Shown here: positions 18,928-28,840 of the stretch, piece after piece | How positions within the stretch are numbered: position 1 is the stretch's first letter | Layout: each line of letters begins with the position of its first letter | DNA from: a virus | Taxonomy: Duplodnaviria > Caudoviricetes | Reading direction: 5' to 3' (one strand) | IMG/VR virus record: IMGVR_UViG_3300024182_000003 | Location: 1 to 62,199 of that record | Length of the DNA: 62,199 nt | Notes under the pieces: model-generated | What the model saw: the letters and a program-made list of their open reading frames with translations, nothing else | Told to the model about the DNA's origin: nothing | Databases searched by the model: none | Translations under genes and position numbers: made by a program

Positions 18928-19763
18928 CCGCTCCAATAGCTTCTCAGTTAATTCCGGTTGACGGAGAGACTATAGCAGACCTGGATCGTGTTAGTATCGT
19001 ATGGAGTGGTGCTGGCGGTGATCCGGTTGATACGACTCAGTTTGAATTCTTGCGAGGTATGACTTCACTTTCAACATCGTTTACTCCGCTTGGTGGTGAT
19101 AATTGGCAAGTGTTTGCCGAGGCGGGTCTTTTCCCTGATGAAGTAAACGTACAAGTAACTGCGAAGGCAAAATCAATTGGAGGTACGCAAGCAACATCTG
19201 TTCGTACCTTTTCAACTAGAACGTCTATGCAGTTTACAACGCCTTATGAGTTTCTGAATCGTGCGAGCTATGTCTTTTCGTTTATTCAACTCGAAGCGTT
19301 CATTGCAAGTATCGGCGTTATCGGGACGCAACTCAACTTTAATGTTCGTCCTAATGTAGCCGGTGACGAACTGATAGCATTTCAGATCGTAAAGATGTTC
19401 GGGTCTGCCGATTTGGGTAAGATGAAGATTTCAGCGACTCGTCAAATTATTCAGCTACTTGGAATAAACGCACAAGGTATTGGCATACCTACTGAAGGAT
19501 TTGGAGAGAACGCGAAAGACATTCATCCTATCGTAAAAAGCTCCGGCCTTAATACTTTGACTCTTGTAGCTGAAGACGAGAGACCGCTATTTCAGACACT
19601 TGAAGCATTACTGCCGTTTGAAGACTTATTAGTTCTACAAACGTTAGTGAGTGGAATAGAGAAAGATTCGATTGCAATAGTTGCTATCGATATAAGCTCA
19701 GGTGACGGAATTGTAATCTTCGTTGATTTGATTGATGCGGGACTGGTAGAAGTAGGCGAATAA
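18924..19763 (+). CDS. Tail-module protein, paralog of the previous gene
   Basis: GTGA coupling; PVDG, P.DT.QF.F, GLFP, D.GK..S, IFVDL...EVG shared. Confidence 0.6.
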   Translation: MTAPIASQLIPVDGETIADLDRVSIVWSGAGGDPVDTTQFEFLRGMTSLSTSFTPLGGDNWQVFAEAGLFPDEVNVQVTAKAKSIGGTQATSVRTFSTRTSMQFTTPYEFLNRASYVFSFIQLEAFIASIGVIGTQLNFNVRPNVAGDELIAFQIVKMFGSADLGKMKISATRQIIQLLGINAQGIGIPTEGFGENAKDIHPIVKSSGLNTLTLVAEDERPLFQTLEALLPFEDLLVLQTLVSGIEKDSIAIVAIDISSGDGIVIFVDLIDAGLVEVGE

Positions 19764-19782
19764 CGTAACTCCGAAGTGACGT

Positions 19783-21639
19783 ATGACTGATTCGATAGTT
19801 ATCAACAGGATTCAGCTTCTTAAGAACGGTTCACCTCTACCGATACGCGACTTTACTTTACAGTCGCCTTCGAATGCCTTGGGGTTGAAGCTATCAGCTA
19901 CATTCGCTAAACCTGATGTCGTTGTGACAACTGACGATGCAATCAGTCTTCGAATTGGAGTAGTTAAGGACGGAAATACTAGTTGGATCGATTACATCAC
20001 TGATGGTAAGGTAGCCGGTCAAACTGCACTAGTTGAGTTTCGTAACGACACGCTTACTATCGAGGCTATCAACTTACTAGCTGACCGTTGGCGTCTATGT
20101 TCACGCCAGCCGATAGTTTGTTATGATCCTAACTTGATTTCATTTGAAGAGGTTGATCCGGTACGAACTCAAAATGATTTAGTTGATGAAGATTCGGTGC
20201 CGATTGAGTTTATACTTGAGGCTATCGAAGGCTTAACACTTCGTCAAGTCTTACATCGAGCTTATGTTGTGGGATGTGGGTTTCAGAAGGTCGTAACAAA
20301 CCTACCAGACTATCCTATTCGTAGAATCGACTTTGCTATTTCTGCTGGATATCACGCAGCCGTACTTCCCTTTGTCAGTTTCTTTGATCCTGTCTTTTAC
20401 GCAGATGATAACAACGTTCTTTTTATCATTGATATCGATGGTACTTTGCCGTCAGAGCTTGTATCGAAAAAACTAAGACTCAAATCGTACAAGTCAGTTT
20501 CCTTTGAACGTCCATTGAGTAATATTTCAAATGCAATACTACTAACGTTCAAGGAAGATGCAGCAGATGGAGGCGATGATTGGCCTGATAACGCTACTGA
20601 AAAGATTATCTCTACCTGGGATCAAACCGGAGAAGTGTTTCAGCCTGGATGGACTCGACAGGAAGTAGATACGTACTACAAGGAATTTCATAGTGATCCT
20701 GCAAAGCCTGATCGGGTTACTAGGCGAGTACAGTTTCGACTTATAACAAGGAACTACGCTTTTGATGAAGCTCGTGGAATTCCTGTTCTTATTTCTACTG
20801 AAACAGAAGATGATAAATGGATTCAGAACTTTCGTCTTAAGAGTGGTTATACTAAGACGATAGAGTCGAGATTGTCAGTTCCTTATGGTGGGCCTCGAAG
20901 ACTACTTGTAAATGCCTGGACTGAGATTAACTCTATTGTTTGGACTCCTTCGCTTACAAGTCCAGACGAGTTTCAAAAACAATCCGAAAGAACTGAGATC
21001 GAAGGACTGATTCTTTATGAAGGACAGTTTACAGATACGCTTCAAGAAGGTTCGACTGTTACATCGGCAGTAGCTTTGATTCAGGCTAATGATAATCGAC
21101 TGGTAACTCAAGACGGATTTCAACAAATCAAGCGAGGGCCGATAAAGACTGAGTTTGAATTTTGGCGTGATACTGGCACGGATCAAATCGATGTCTTGCA
21201 TACAGTGATTGATCATCTAATCCCTCAAGTCAAAACCTCAAAGACCGTTCAATCGATTTCTGATAGAACAGTGAATATCAATAAGCAACGTACAGTTACT
21301 ATGCTAATCCGTGATGAGGAAGCTGAAACGGCTTTTGGTTTGATGGAACCGCTAGCCTTAAATGCCGGTGAAGTTCCTTTTGATATTGCGTATAAGGTTG
21401 CACTACGTCAGCTTGAAAGGCTTGGAGCTAGACCGAGAAGTGCCAAGGTTGAACTTCCACGCTTTGATGCAGCGATTAGAAAAGGCAGTCTTCGTGATAT
21501 AGATGATCGAGAAGGTGACAGTCATAAGTATTTGATTACCGGATGGACTATCACGGGTCGTGAACTTGGTGGAGCGAATGGATCAATTTCAATGTCTACT
21601 GATGGGGTTGCAACGCGAGAAGATATCACTTCGGAGTGA
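19783..21639 (+). CDS. Putative baseplate hub / tail tip protein
   Basis: 618 aa in distal tail module; C-terminal ..G..I.....YLITG.T pattern. Confidence 0.5.
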   Translation: MTDSIVINRIQLLKNGSPLPIRDFTLQSPSNALGLKLSATFAKPDVVVTTDDAISLRIGVVKDGNTSWIDYITDGKVAGQTALVEFRNDTLTIEAINLLADRWRLCSRQPIVCYDPNLISFEEVDPVRTQNDLVDEDSVPIEFILEAIEGLTLRQVLHRAYVVGCGFQKVVTNLPDYPIRRIDFAISAGYHAAVLPFVSFFDPVFYADDNNVLFIIDIDGTLPSELVSKKLRLKSYKSVSFERPLSNISNAILLTFKEDAADGGDDWPDNATEKIISTWDQTGEVFQPGWTRQEVDTYYKEFHSDPAKPDRVTRRVQFRLITRNYAFDEARGIPVLISTETEDDKWIQNFRLKSGYTKTIESRLSVPYGGPRRLLVNAWTEINSIVWTPSLTSPDEFQKQSERTEIEGLILYEGQFTDTLQEGSTVTSAVALIQANDNRLVTQDGFQQIKRGPIKTEFEFWRDTGTDQIDVLHTVIDHLIPQVKTSKTVQSISDRTVNINKQRTVTMLIRDEEAETAFGLMEPLALNAGEVPFDIAYKVALRQLERLGARPRSAKVELPRFDAAIRKGSLRDIDDREGDSHKYLITGWTITGRELGGANGSISMSTDGVATREDITSE

Positions 21640-23006
21640 CAATGGACTGGAATGAGAAATTCTTAAAGGGCGACTCGCTTAAGCTAAAGATTAGACCTAT
21701 TCGTGGGCCGCGTCCAAAGCCAGTTGAGCCTGTACGTTTTAGGGGTCAACGTCAACCTTTCCTGCCAGATGATGATTTGATTGAAGGAGTAAAGATACGA
21801 TTCTTTGATCTTGGAACAAGATTTAGTCAAGTCGATCCTAATCTTAAAGTTGGATGGGCGCTTGTTCTAAACAGCGGGGTGTCGAGTACGAGAAGCACTG
21901 AGCCAAATCTTGTCAATGGATATGCCGAAAAAGATATTGAGACGATCTTGATTACTCAGCTTTCCGATCAAATGAAGATCAGGAATACGTATCTAGAGGA
22001 TGATCCTTTCGGTAGTAGCCCTGCGTCACTGTCGGGTAGATCAATACATAATTGTTGGCCGCTTTATCATCCTTGTGGAGACTTGTTCTTGGATGCGTAC
22101 TTTTATAAGCGAGGTGATGTGGGTGAGGCGTTAAAGGAACGACATTACACGCTTCAGCAAGGATCACAAGATTGGCATCAAAGAATTGACGTAGACACAC
22201 GTCTTGCAAGTTTCGAGGGTATTAAAAGCTGGTTTACAAATCCAATTGCAAAAGAACAAGCAGATGACATCTTAGGTGAACTCGAACTTGAGAAACGAGA
22301 AAAGTGGTTATCGCTTGAGCTTGGACTGCTTCATAACGAAGGTGTATTACAGCCACGTGCATTACCAGACAGGTACGATTTGAGAATGAACTCACCTTAT
22401 TACTATGAGCCTATTGATACAAACGACACGATCAACTATAAATACACAAGTGAGCCGAATTTCTTCTCAAGTGATGTTGTAATTCCGCGACTGAGGTTTG
22501 GTGAGAACTTTCGGGCCGACATCGGAATCTATCTTGTGCCGCAGTTTTGGCAAGTGAAGGTCTTTTACTTTGCGTGGTATTTGTTTGTGACGTTTTGGGC
22601 ATTCACGTATGTTCGGTTTCCAGCGGTCTTTACATATCATAATCGTTTTCCACTTTTTCCAAGACCGTTTGCTTTAGGCTCAACTGATTACGCTCCAATC
22701 TGGAATTGGATTGAGCGTAGTCAACAGCATCAACTATCAGCCGCAAGAGATTTAGCCGTTCAGTTCTTTACGCCTTTTATGGCAATGGTTTTCTTGTTTA
22801 CCTCCGATGGTAGGTATGAGATCAGAAGGGTAAACACGTTTCCAGGTGCTTTGGTAGGCGTTGTAAAGTTTGGAGAAAAACGGTATTATATTTGGCGTAG
22901 AACTGTAACAAATCGAGACTTGACTACTTCGATAAGTGAGGGGCCGGTCAATACGTACTGGATCAACTCATTTAACATCGGAGTAACGGGGACGCTTAGA
23001 TTTTAA
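21636..23006 (+). CDS. Hypothetical protein (aromatic-rich C-terminal half)
   Basis: 456-aa ORF, GTGA coupling inside an 18-bp dyad. Confidence 0.6.
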   Translation: MTMDWNEKFLKGDSLKLKIRPIRGPRPKPVEPVRFRGQRQPFLPDDDLIEGVKIRFFDLGTRFSQVDPNLKVGWALVLNSGVSSTRSTEPNLVNGYAEKDIETILITQLSDQMKIRNTYLEDDPFGSSPASLSGRSIHNCWPLYHPCGDLFLDAYFYKRGDVGEALKERHYTLQQGSQDWHQRIDVDTRLASFEGIKSWFTNPIAKEQADDILGELELEKREKWLSLELGLLHNEGVLQPRALPDRYDLRMNSPYYYEPIDTNDTINYKYTSEPNFFSSDVVIPRLRFGENFRADIGIYLVPQFWQVKVFYFAWYLFVTFWAFTYVRFPAVFTYHNRFPLFPRPFALGSTDYAPIWNWIERSQQHQLSAARDLAVQFFTPFMAMVFLFTSDGRYEIRRVNTFPGALVGVVKFGEKRYYIWRRTVTNRDLTTSISEGPVNTYWINSFNIGVTGTLRF

Positions 23007-23335
23007 TGAATCGCTTCCTTGACAAAGTTGGGAGGGAGATCGGTTATGTTCCGATTGATTGTGTATCAGGTACTAACTTGAACTTTGCCACATTTCAAGT
23101 TGTACCTGATGCGAACTTGTCACTTCAAGGTGATACTGACTCGGATGTCGAGTTACAAGTAAAAATGCCAGGAGGTGTGTTCGAGTCTTTACCTATTGAT
23201 CTTTCTACGTTTCCTCACAATGTCCCGTTATTAGTTGAAGTTAGAGCAGTTCCGTCAAATCTATTTACAGGTCGTAAGCGCCTGATGATGTTTCTTGGAG
23301 TAACCAGGAAAACGGAGGCGGGATGGAGGACGTGA
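23006..23335 (+). CDS. Hypothetical protein
   Basis: TAATG coupling; 109 aa. Confidence 0.55.
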   Translation: MNRFLDKVGREIGYVPIDCVSGTNLNFATFQVVPDANLSLQGDTDSDVELQVKMPGGVFESLPIDLSTFPHNVPLLVEVRAVPSNLFTGRKRLMMFLGVTRKTEAGWRT

Positions 23336-23943
23336 TGAAACCTTGTAGCGCCGATGATCCTTGTTTACTGTTGATCGTGGAAGATGATAGCGCGATCAGA
23401 CGAATGTTTCATATTTGGCAAGAGGTTGGACGGTTAAAAGAAACGATCAATCTTGTATTTGCAAAGACGTGTCAGGAAGCAGTTGAAATCCTGAAGCAAC
23501 GTCACTTTGAAGTGATACTACTCGATTTGGCATTGTCTGATTCGAATGGTCTAGGGACGCTAGATATTATTGTCGCGTCAGTTAAAGATCAGGTTCCAGT
23601 TATTGTTTTTACAGGCGTACTACCAGAAGGGATAACTGAAGATGATATCTTACGCCACGGTGCTCAAGACATTATCTTTAAGCCTGGGCCACACATCGAA
23701 GAGATAATGCGGTTGATTAGGTATGCGGGTAGTAGGCATCGCATTCGAATTCATTACCTTGATGTGATAGCTCGTTTGCAAACAGAATGTGAGGAAGCAA
23801 AAGAAGCGCTGTCGCAGATTCAAGATCAGTGCCAATCTTGTCCGACTGTGCATCCAGAAGTTGCCCAAAGAGTCGCTACTGGTATTGGCATACAGAGACT
23901 GGAAAGAGTCATAAACCGAATTCAAGCACTAGCTGGATCGTAA
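23335..23943 (+). CDS. Response regulator receiver (REC) domain protein with C-terminal coiled coil
   Basis: LIVEDD, ILLDL.L.DSNGL (phospho-Asp), PVIVFTG, GAQD...KP. Confidence 0.85.
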   Translation: MKPCSADDPCLLLIVEDDSAIRRMFHIWQEVGRLKETINLVFAKTCQEAVEILKQRHFEVILLDLALSDSNGLGTLDIIVASVKDQVPVIVFTGVLPEGITEDDILRHGAQDIIFKPGPHIEEIMRLIRYAGSRHRIRIHYLDVIARLQTECEEAKEALSQIQDQCQSCPTVHPEVAQRVATGIGIQRLERVINRIQALAGS

Positions 23944-23947
23944 TGCG

Positions 23948-24373
23948 ATGCTTATCGAATTTTTCCAGGATGTTCAGCAAATGGTTGAACATCACTGGCC
24001 GTATCTTGCTTTAGGTGTAATCAGTACAATACTAGGTACAATTTTAGCCAGTCCACTTATCGTCAAAATATATGAATCACGTAAAGCTAAAAAAGAAACT
24101 CTACATATTATTGATCGAGATGTAGAACTAAACAAGGATCAAGAACTTTATAAGATACGTGAGGAACTAAGAGCCGAAGTTGAAACTTTACGAGGAATTA
24201 GAGAACAGATTCTTGCCGAAAAAATGGAGCTTACGCATCAAAACTTTTTACTCGATGCAACTATTAAACAAATGAGAATTTATGAGACTGAGCTTGAAGA
24301 GGAAGTTGCATCTCGTGATAGAAGTATCGAGAAGCTTGAAGAGGAACTGCGAAAAGCGAAAGGAGTCGTATGA
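23948..24373 (+). CDS. Putative holin-like protein (1 TM + coiled coil)
   Basis: N-terminal hydrophobic helix, Glu/Leu coiled coil, directly before endolysin. Confidence 0.55.
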   Translation: MLIEFFQDVQQMVEHHWPYLALGVISTILGTILASPLIVKIYESRKAKKETLHIIDRDVELNKDQELYKIREELRAEVETLRGIREQILAEKMELTHQNFLLDATIKQMRIYETELEEEVASRDRSIEKLEEELRKAKGVV

Positions 24374-24840
24374 AACTCAGTGAAAACGGATTAGTGCTAC
24401 TTAAGCAGTGGGAGGGTTATGCAACTCACGCCTATCGTGATTCTGCAAATCTTCTCACTATCGGAGTTGGACATTTGTTGACTCGAAGTGAACTCACATC
24501 AGGGAAAATACTTATAGGTGGATCACCTGTTCGGTACAGAGACGGTCTGACAGATGATCAGATCGTTGCCTTACTTGCTCAAGACGTTATACCAGTGGAG
24601 CAAACTGTCTCGACTAACGTCAAGGTTTCTTTGAATCAGAATCAGTTCGATGCTTTGGTCTCATTTACATTCAACGTTGGGAGAGGGGCATTTCTCGGTA
24701 GTACGTTACTGAAGGTTCTCAACCAGGGGTTTTACACAGACGTGCCGACACAACTTGCTCGTTGGAATCGTTCTGGTGGACAAGTCGTACTCGGTTTAAC
24801 TAATCGCCGTAACAAAGAAATCGCCTTATGGAAGGCGTAG
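24370..24840 (+). CDS. Endolysin, GH24 lysozyme
   Basis: WEG...AY.D....LTIGVGH, QNQFDALVSF.FNVG, GL..RR..E..L motifs. Confidence 0.92.
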   Translation: MKLSENGLVLLKQWEGYATHAYRDSANLLTIGVGHLLTRSELTSGKILIGGSPVRYRDGLTDDQIVALLAQDVIPVEQTVSTNVKVSLNQNQFDALVSFTFNVGRGAFLGSTLLKVLNQGFYTDVPTQLARWNRSGGQVVLGLTNRRNKEIALWKA

Positions 24841-24851
24841 GAGGTTTGGAT

Positions 24852-25430
24852 ATGCATCACTTTGGAGTGACACTGAGCCGTTTACTTCTGTCGTGTGCTT
24901 TAATGGTTGCTGTGATGGTGGGTTCGGTTGCTATACTTTCAATGGAAGGCTGCAAAACGACCGCTGTCAAGACAACGCCAGGAAAACCGCGCGATGAAAA
25001 CCTAATCAAGATTGCCTTGGCCTGTAAAGACGTCACTGATGGTGTGACCTTTGGGATTAAGGTAAAACGAGCGCTGTACGCAGATGGAGGCCCAAACAGT
25101 AAGATCAGCAAAGCTGTGTCGAGTACGATCACAACTTACTTGACTAAGGTTCAGAACGCGACCAATGAGCTTGCAGCTAAATCGCTACTGTTTGACACCT
25201 TCACTGCTGGTCAAGCCGATTTGTTCAAGCTATTTCGGGTTCTACTTGACGCAAGGAAAGACCTTGAAGTCAATGGAACTATTCCAGGCTTTTCGGGTGT
25301 GATGGCTGAGATTTTTCAGGCTATCGACATCGGTCTAAACGCTATTACACCTCTGTTTCCTACTTCGCTATCAGCCCCTCAGCAACTGAGAGTCGATGTC
25401 TGGTTCAAACCTCAGTGGCAACTGGTCTAG
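24852..25430 (+). CDS. Putative lipoprotein (lysis accessory)
   Basis: GGAGGT RBS; hydrophobic signal followed by EGC lipobox-like Cys; after endolysin. Confidence 0.5.
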   Translation: MHHFGVTLSRLLLSCALMVAVMVGSVAILSMEGCKTTAVKTTPGKPRDENLIKIALACKDVTDGVTFGIKVKRALYADGGPNSKISKAVSSTITTYLTKVQNATNELAAKSLLFDTFTAGQADLFKLFRVLLDARKDLEVNGTIPGFSGVMAEIFQAIDIGLNAITPLFPTSLSAPQQLRVDVWFKPQWQLV

Positions 25431-25479
25431 AGCGCGAAGCTTTGTCAGAATTTCAACCGTAGTTAAGGGAGGTGGAAAA

Positions 25480-25716
25480 GTGCAATTCGACTTTCAAAAA
25501 ATTCTTGAGTTGGCGGGTGCTGCTGCAACAGCGGCAGGAAATGCTGGAGTTCCATTTGCGGGGCTAGCTGGTACGATCGCTACAGAAATTGACGCATTAA
25601 TTACCAGAACTGCGAATGCTTCAGGGAAGACACGTGAAGAGATCATTGCTCAGATGCAGATCGATGGTGCTCAGAACTTAATCGAGCTTGCCAAGGATGC
25701 TGCAAAGGGCGAGTAG
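25480..25716 (+). CDS. Hypothetical Ala-rich protein
   Basis: GGAGGT RBS before GTG 25480. Confidence 0.55.
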   Translation: MQFDFQKILELAGAAATAAGNAGVPFAGLAGTIATEIDALITRTANASGKTREEIIAQMQIDGAQNLIELAKDAAKGE

Positions 25717-25781
25717 TTTACCGTCGTCTAGGAATGGAGTCCTTTCGCGGGCACTGCACGAGCAGAGGACGGTATGGTATA

Positions 25782-25821
25782 GAAGGCCGAGAATTTTTGG
25801 AATATTCTCGGCCTTCCTTTT
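25782..25821 (+). terminator. Intrinsic terminator between convergent late and early arms
   Basis: 13-bp stem GAAGGCCGAGAAT/ATTCTCGGCCTTC followed by CTTTT. Confidence 0.8.
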
Positions 25822-25823
25822 GT

Positions 25824-26183
25824 CTATAGAATTTCGTGACAGGCATTGCAGATTGTCACAGAGTCGTGGTCATCTATTGGATGAAGGCATTCTGTTCCTG
25901 GAACTTCGTAACCTTCATCATTCACGGCCCTTCCAGTTGGGGAAAGAATGTCATTGTTTTCCATAACAGTCTTGAGAGAACTGAGAAGGAAAACCTGTGA
26001 GCACATTGGCCCGTCCTTTTTGATCCAGATTCCGAAGCATCTTGATCGTCGCCCTCTCTTAGGTAAATCGACATAGTGAATTTCAACAACGTCGCCCCTT
26101 TCAAACTGTAAGGGTTTGACTGCTTTTGCAATCTGCTTGGCAGTAGGTTTACGTAGCTTGGTTGTTTTTGACATATTGTCCAT
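25824..26183 (-). CDS. Hypothetical protein
   Basis: 119-aa ORF with own promoter and AAGGA RBS. Confidence 0.55.
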   Translation of the reverse strand: MDNMSKTTKLRKPTAKQIAKAVKPLQFERGDVVEIHYVDLPKRGRRSRCFGIWIKKDGPMCSQVFLLSSLKTVMENNDILSPTGRAVNDEGYEVPGTECLHPIDDHDSVTICNACHEIL

Positions 26184-26227
26184 CCTTTTTCAATGATCTA
26201 GGGTTGTCACCTTGAAGTGACACTGAA

Positions 26228-26256
26228 TGTATACAGGATAGGACGGATTCTGGCAA
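26228..26256 (-). promoter_or_regulatory. Sigma70-type promoter with an 18-bp dyad over the predicted start site
   Basis: TTGCCA-17-TATACA; dyad at 26205-26222. Confidence 0.5.
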
Positions 26257-26314
26257 GAGTATTTTGCAGGGGTATCTAGGGCAAAGCTAGGCATACTCCC
26301 CAAAATAGGTAGTA

Positions 26315-26465
26315 TGTTACCTAATGTGACAGTTTGCACAAGCTCCGTAAGCTCTGATTTAAGCCACTTTGATCTAGGGGGATACTAGGGTATGCCTTCA
26401 CCCTTAAAAGCCCTGGAAATCGCTTCTGGACGCCGGGAAAAGGCATCTTATGAGGGTATCTAGAC
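26315..26465 (-). repeat. ~150-bp conserved intergenic element, copy B (inverted)
   Basis: Reverse complement carries the same blocks at the same spacing; terminal dyad has a 5-bp spacer. Confidence 0.9.
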
Positions 26466-26516
26466 TGGTATTTGTGGGGTAGGGAATTCAGGGTCGGATG
26501 TCACTTTGAGGTGATG

Positions 26517-26816
26517 TTACTTGATCCTTGATAGAAGGTAGTATCGAAGTGTTACTTCCTCACATCGCTGAAATCTCATTCTTGTTTTCGTTCCTTCTTG
26601 CCACTGTTCTTTGAATTGCCAACCCTCTGCGGCAAGACCTGGCTTCATTCGGTTAAGCCAATTGACCCACTCGTCTGTCGTGTCAACATTGTAGATTCGA
26701 CTTCTGCATTCAGTGATATACACTGAGTCAAAGGCCCACACAGTTAGGACGCTGAGGGCCACACAGAATATACCGAACGCGATCTTGTTTTTCCATAGCC
26801 GCTTTAGAAAGTTCAT
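26517..26816 (-). CDS. Hypothetical membrane-anchored protein
   Basis: N-terminal TM helix; ATGA coupling. Confidence 0.55.
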   Translation of the reverse strand: MNFLKRLWKNKIAFGIFCVALSVLTVWAFDSVYITECRSRIYNVDTTDEWVNWLNRMKPGLAAEGWQFKEQWQEGTKTRMRFQRCEEVTLRYYLLSRIK

Positions 26817-27157
26817 TGATATCCTCCTCTTATGAATGCGTACTTGTTCAGTATTTTTACAAAACGCTTCGCAGCATCTTCTTGAGAATTATCTTCAGTG
26901 AAGAATCCTGCGAGATCAAAGCAAACGTCCTCTATGAAGCCTAGTGCCTGTCTACGTGCTTCAGGTGTATCGCTTTCATTAGAACCGTTATAACAGGTAG
27001 CGTAATGCATCGCTAGCATTATATGTTCAAAAAGAAAACCACTCGCATTCCTGATCGATACTACTAGCGTTTCGTCACTTTGTAAGTGATAAAGTTTTGA
27101 GAGTGTGTGCAGAGCATCTGTACCTATTTCAGTCGTGATCTGATTTGTTAATGCCAC
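26813..27157 (-). CDS. Hypothetical protein
   Basis: AAGGAGG RBS; 114 aa. Confidence 0.55.
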   Translation of the reverse strand: MALTNQITTEIGTDALHTLSKLYHLQSDETLVVSIRNASGFLFEHIMLAMHYATCYNGSNESDTPEARRQALGFIEDVCFDLAGFFTEDNSQEDAAKRFVKILNKYAFIRGGYQ

Positions 27158-27166
27158 GGTTCCTCC

Positions 27167-27382
27167 TTATACGTTCTTAACAAGTTTCCAACGTCTTCTC
27201 GTCTTACTATCAAGATCGAGTTGTTGCTTAGCGTAGGGAAAGTATTTCCACCAAGACTCTTCACCGCACTCAGGGCACAAATGTGATTCTACGTTACCAC
27301 TGAAGCGGTCTGGATGTTGCCACACGTGTCCACTAGAACAGCGATGTCTATGGTTGCCTTTCTTCAGCGGTAGTAGTCTCAT
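27167..27382 (-). CDS. Small Zn-ribbon-like protein
   Basis: C..GH.W...CPECG. Confidence 0.5.
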   Translation of the reverse strand: MRLLPLKKGNHRHRCSSGHVWQHPDRFSGNVESHLCPECGEESWWKYFPYAKQQLDLDSKTRRRWKLVKNV

Positions 27383-27849
27383 AGCTTTTCTCCATCGATC
27401 AAACTTATAAAGCTATTGACGCGGTTAATCATCTCGGTGAATCGAGACTGGTCTGCTTCAGTCTTAGCGGCTTGTTCTAAATCAGCCGTGGTTTGCATTA
27501 GTTGTGAGACGTGTAGTCTGTGAGTTCTTGGTTCAACAAGCATCAGTGCATCTTTAATGGGCCAAGTCTCACAGAGGCTCGATGTCATCTCTTCTTTTTC
27601 GCCACAAGCTATCCAAAGTCCAGCGACTATCAAAGCGATGACGTATACACCTGTACACTTGATATAGATGTCGAAGTTCTTGACTAAAAACTTTGACTCG
27701 TGAATTTGGTGTAGTGGTTCTCGTAAGGATAGTTCACCGCATTCGTCAAGCATTGCCTTGAGTTCTTGAAATGACATCAATCGAAGCTCAGGGATGATCC
27801 CTACCATATACCACATCGTAGCCATCTTCAAAGCAATGAGACTTGTCAT
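27379..27849 (-). CDS. Hypothetical protein with a hydrophobic segment
   Basis: ATGA coupling on both sides. Confidence 0.5.
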   Translation of the reverse strand: MTSLIALKMATMWYMVGIIPELRLMSFQELKAMLDECGELSLREPLHQIHESKFLVKNFDIYIKCTGVYVIALIVAGLWIACGEKEEMTSSLCETWPIKDALMLVEPRTHRLHVSQLMQTTADLEQAAKTEADQSRFTEMINRVNSFISLIDGEKL

Positions 27850-28052
27850 TGAAGTTCTCCACCGAACTCTGGAAACATCAAATCGCAGATGATGTCTACT
27901 GCTGTTGCGCCTTCAGGTGTTGAAAGCCAACAGCTAGTACAAAGACTTTGATCGATAGCTCTTAAACGAATGAACCGTAGATTGTCGTCACCACAATCTA
28001 GGTCTACTTCGTAGAACTGTCCGCAGTGTTTACAACGGATTACGATGAACAT
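27846..28052 (-). CDS. Small Zn-finger-like protein
   Basis: CKHC...CTSC. Confidence 0.5.
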   Translation of the reverse strand: MFIVIRCKHCGQFYEVDLDCGDDNLRFIRLRAIDQSLCTSCWLSTPEGATAVDIICDLMFPEFGGELQ

Positions 28053-28055
28053 AGT

Positions 28056-28373
28056 TTAAGCCTTATGGGGATGCTCAGGTGATCCAGCTATAGCGTCGAT
28101 AAGCCTGGGAATGCTTCGTATTTCTTCTGAGCGTATAGCCCTGATAGCTTCAGCAATTCCCTTACGTACATCGCGCCAGTAAGTTGTATTCGTGAAGAGT
28201 CCGTCTTTGCGCATCGCTTCGACAAGAGATTGTGGAATGTCGAAGTGGCTTTGTCCGGTTAGACCTCTCCAAAGAGATCGATGAGACTTAAGCCAGTTGA
28301 TTCGCTCTAGTAACCTTTGACTTGCTGGTTTTCTTCTTTTGATCAGTGGCATCGTGTAACCTCGGAGTGACAT
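28056..28373 (-). CDS. Hypothetical protein
   Basis: Basic ORF in operon; start uncertain. Confidence 0.45.
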   Translation of the reverse strand: MSLRGYTMPLIKRRKPASQRLLERINWLKSHRSLWRGLTGQSHFDIPQSLVEAMRKDGLFTNTTYWRDVRKGIAEAIRAIRSEEIRSIPRLIDAIAGSPEHPHKA

Positions 28374-28564
28374 CTATAGCTCCAAAGATGTCGGCTATGA
28401 ATGGAGTGATTGCAATTGGAATTTCGACCTGAGATTCTTTGCAATACTCTGTCAGATTAGCGTATTGCTCGAAAAGGATTGCAGTCTCTTCACATTCAAG
28501 TTGATAAACATAAGGTGATCCGGTATGTGGGCCGACTACATTACCGAATGTTACCTTGCTTCCC

Positions 28565-28840
28565 TTACGTTCCACCCAACGTGTCATTTTTAGCATTCTC
28601 ATCCTCCGGTTCACCTGTTACTATGTCGTGAGAAACGAGAACCTGTTTTCCTTCGCACTCGACAAGATTAACGATCTTGGTATTCAAGCCAGCGGTAGGT
28701 ATCTGGCTTAAGATATCGTCTGTGAGTTCCTGTTGAGTGAAGTAATCACCAGGGCCGTCGTCTCCAATACCATCATCTGCAATGATGATTGTTGCTAACC
28801 AGAACTTCATACGTCCTCCCTTAACTTCAACGGTTTCCAT
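28565..28840 (-). CDS. Hypothetical acidic protein
   Basis: ORF in operon; GGAGG before internal Met. Confidence 0.45.
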   Translation of the reverse strand: METVEVKGGRMKFWLATIIIADDGIGDDGPGDYFTQQELTDDILSQIPTAGLNTKIVNLVECEGKQVLVSHDIVTGEPEDENAKNDTLGGT

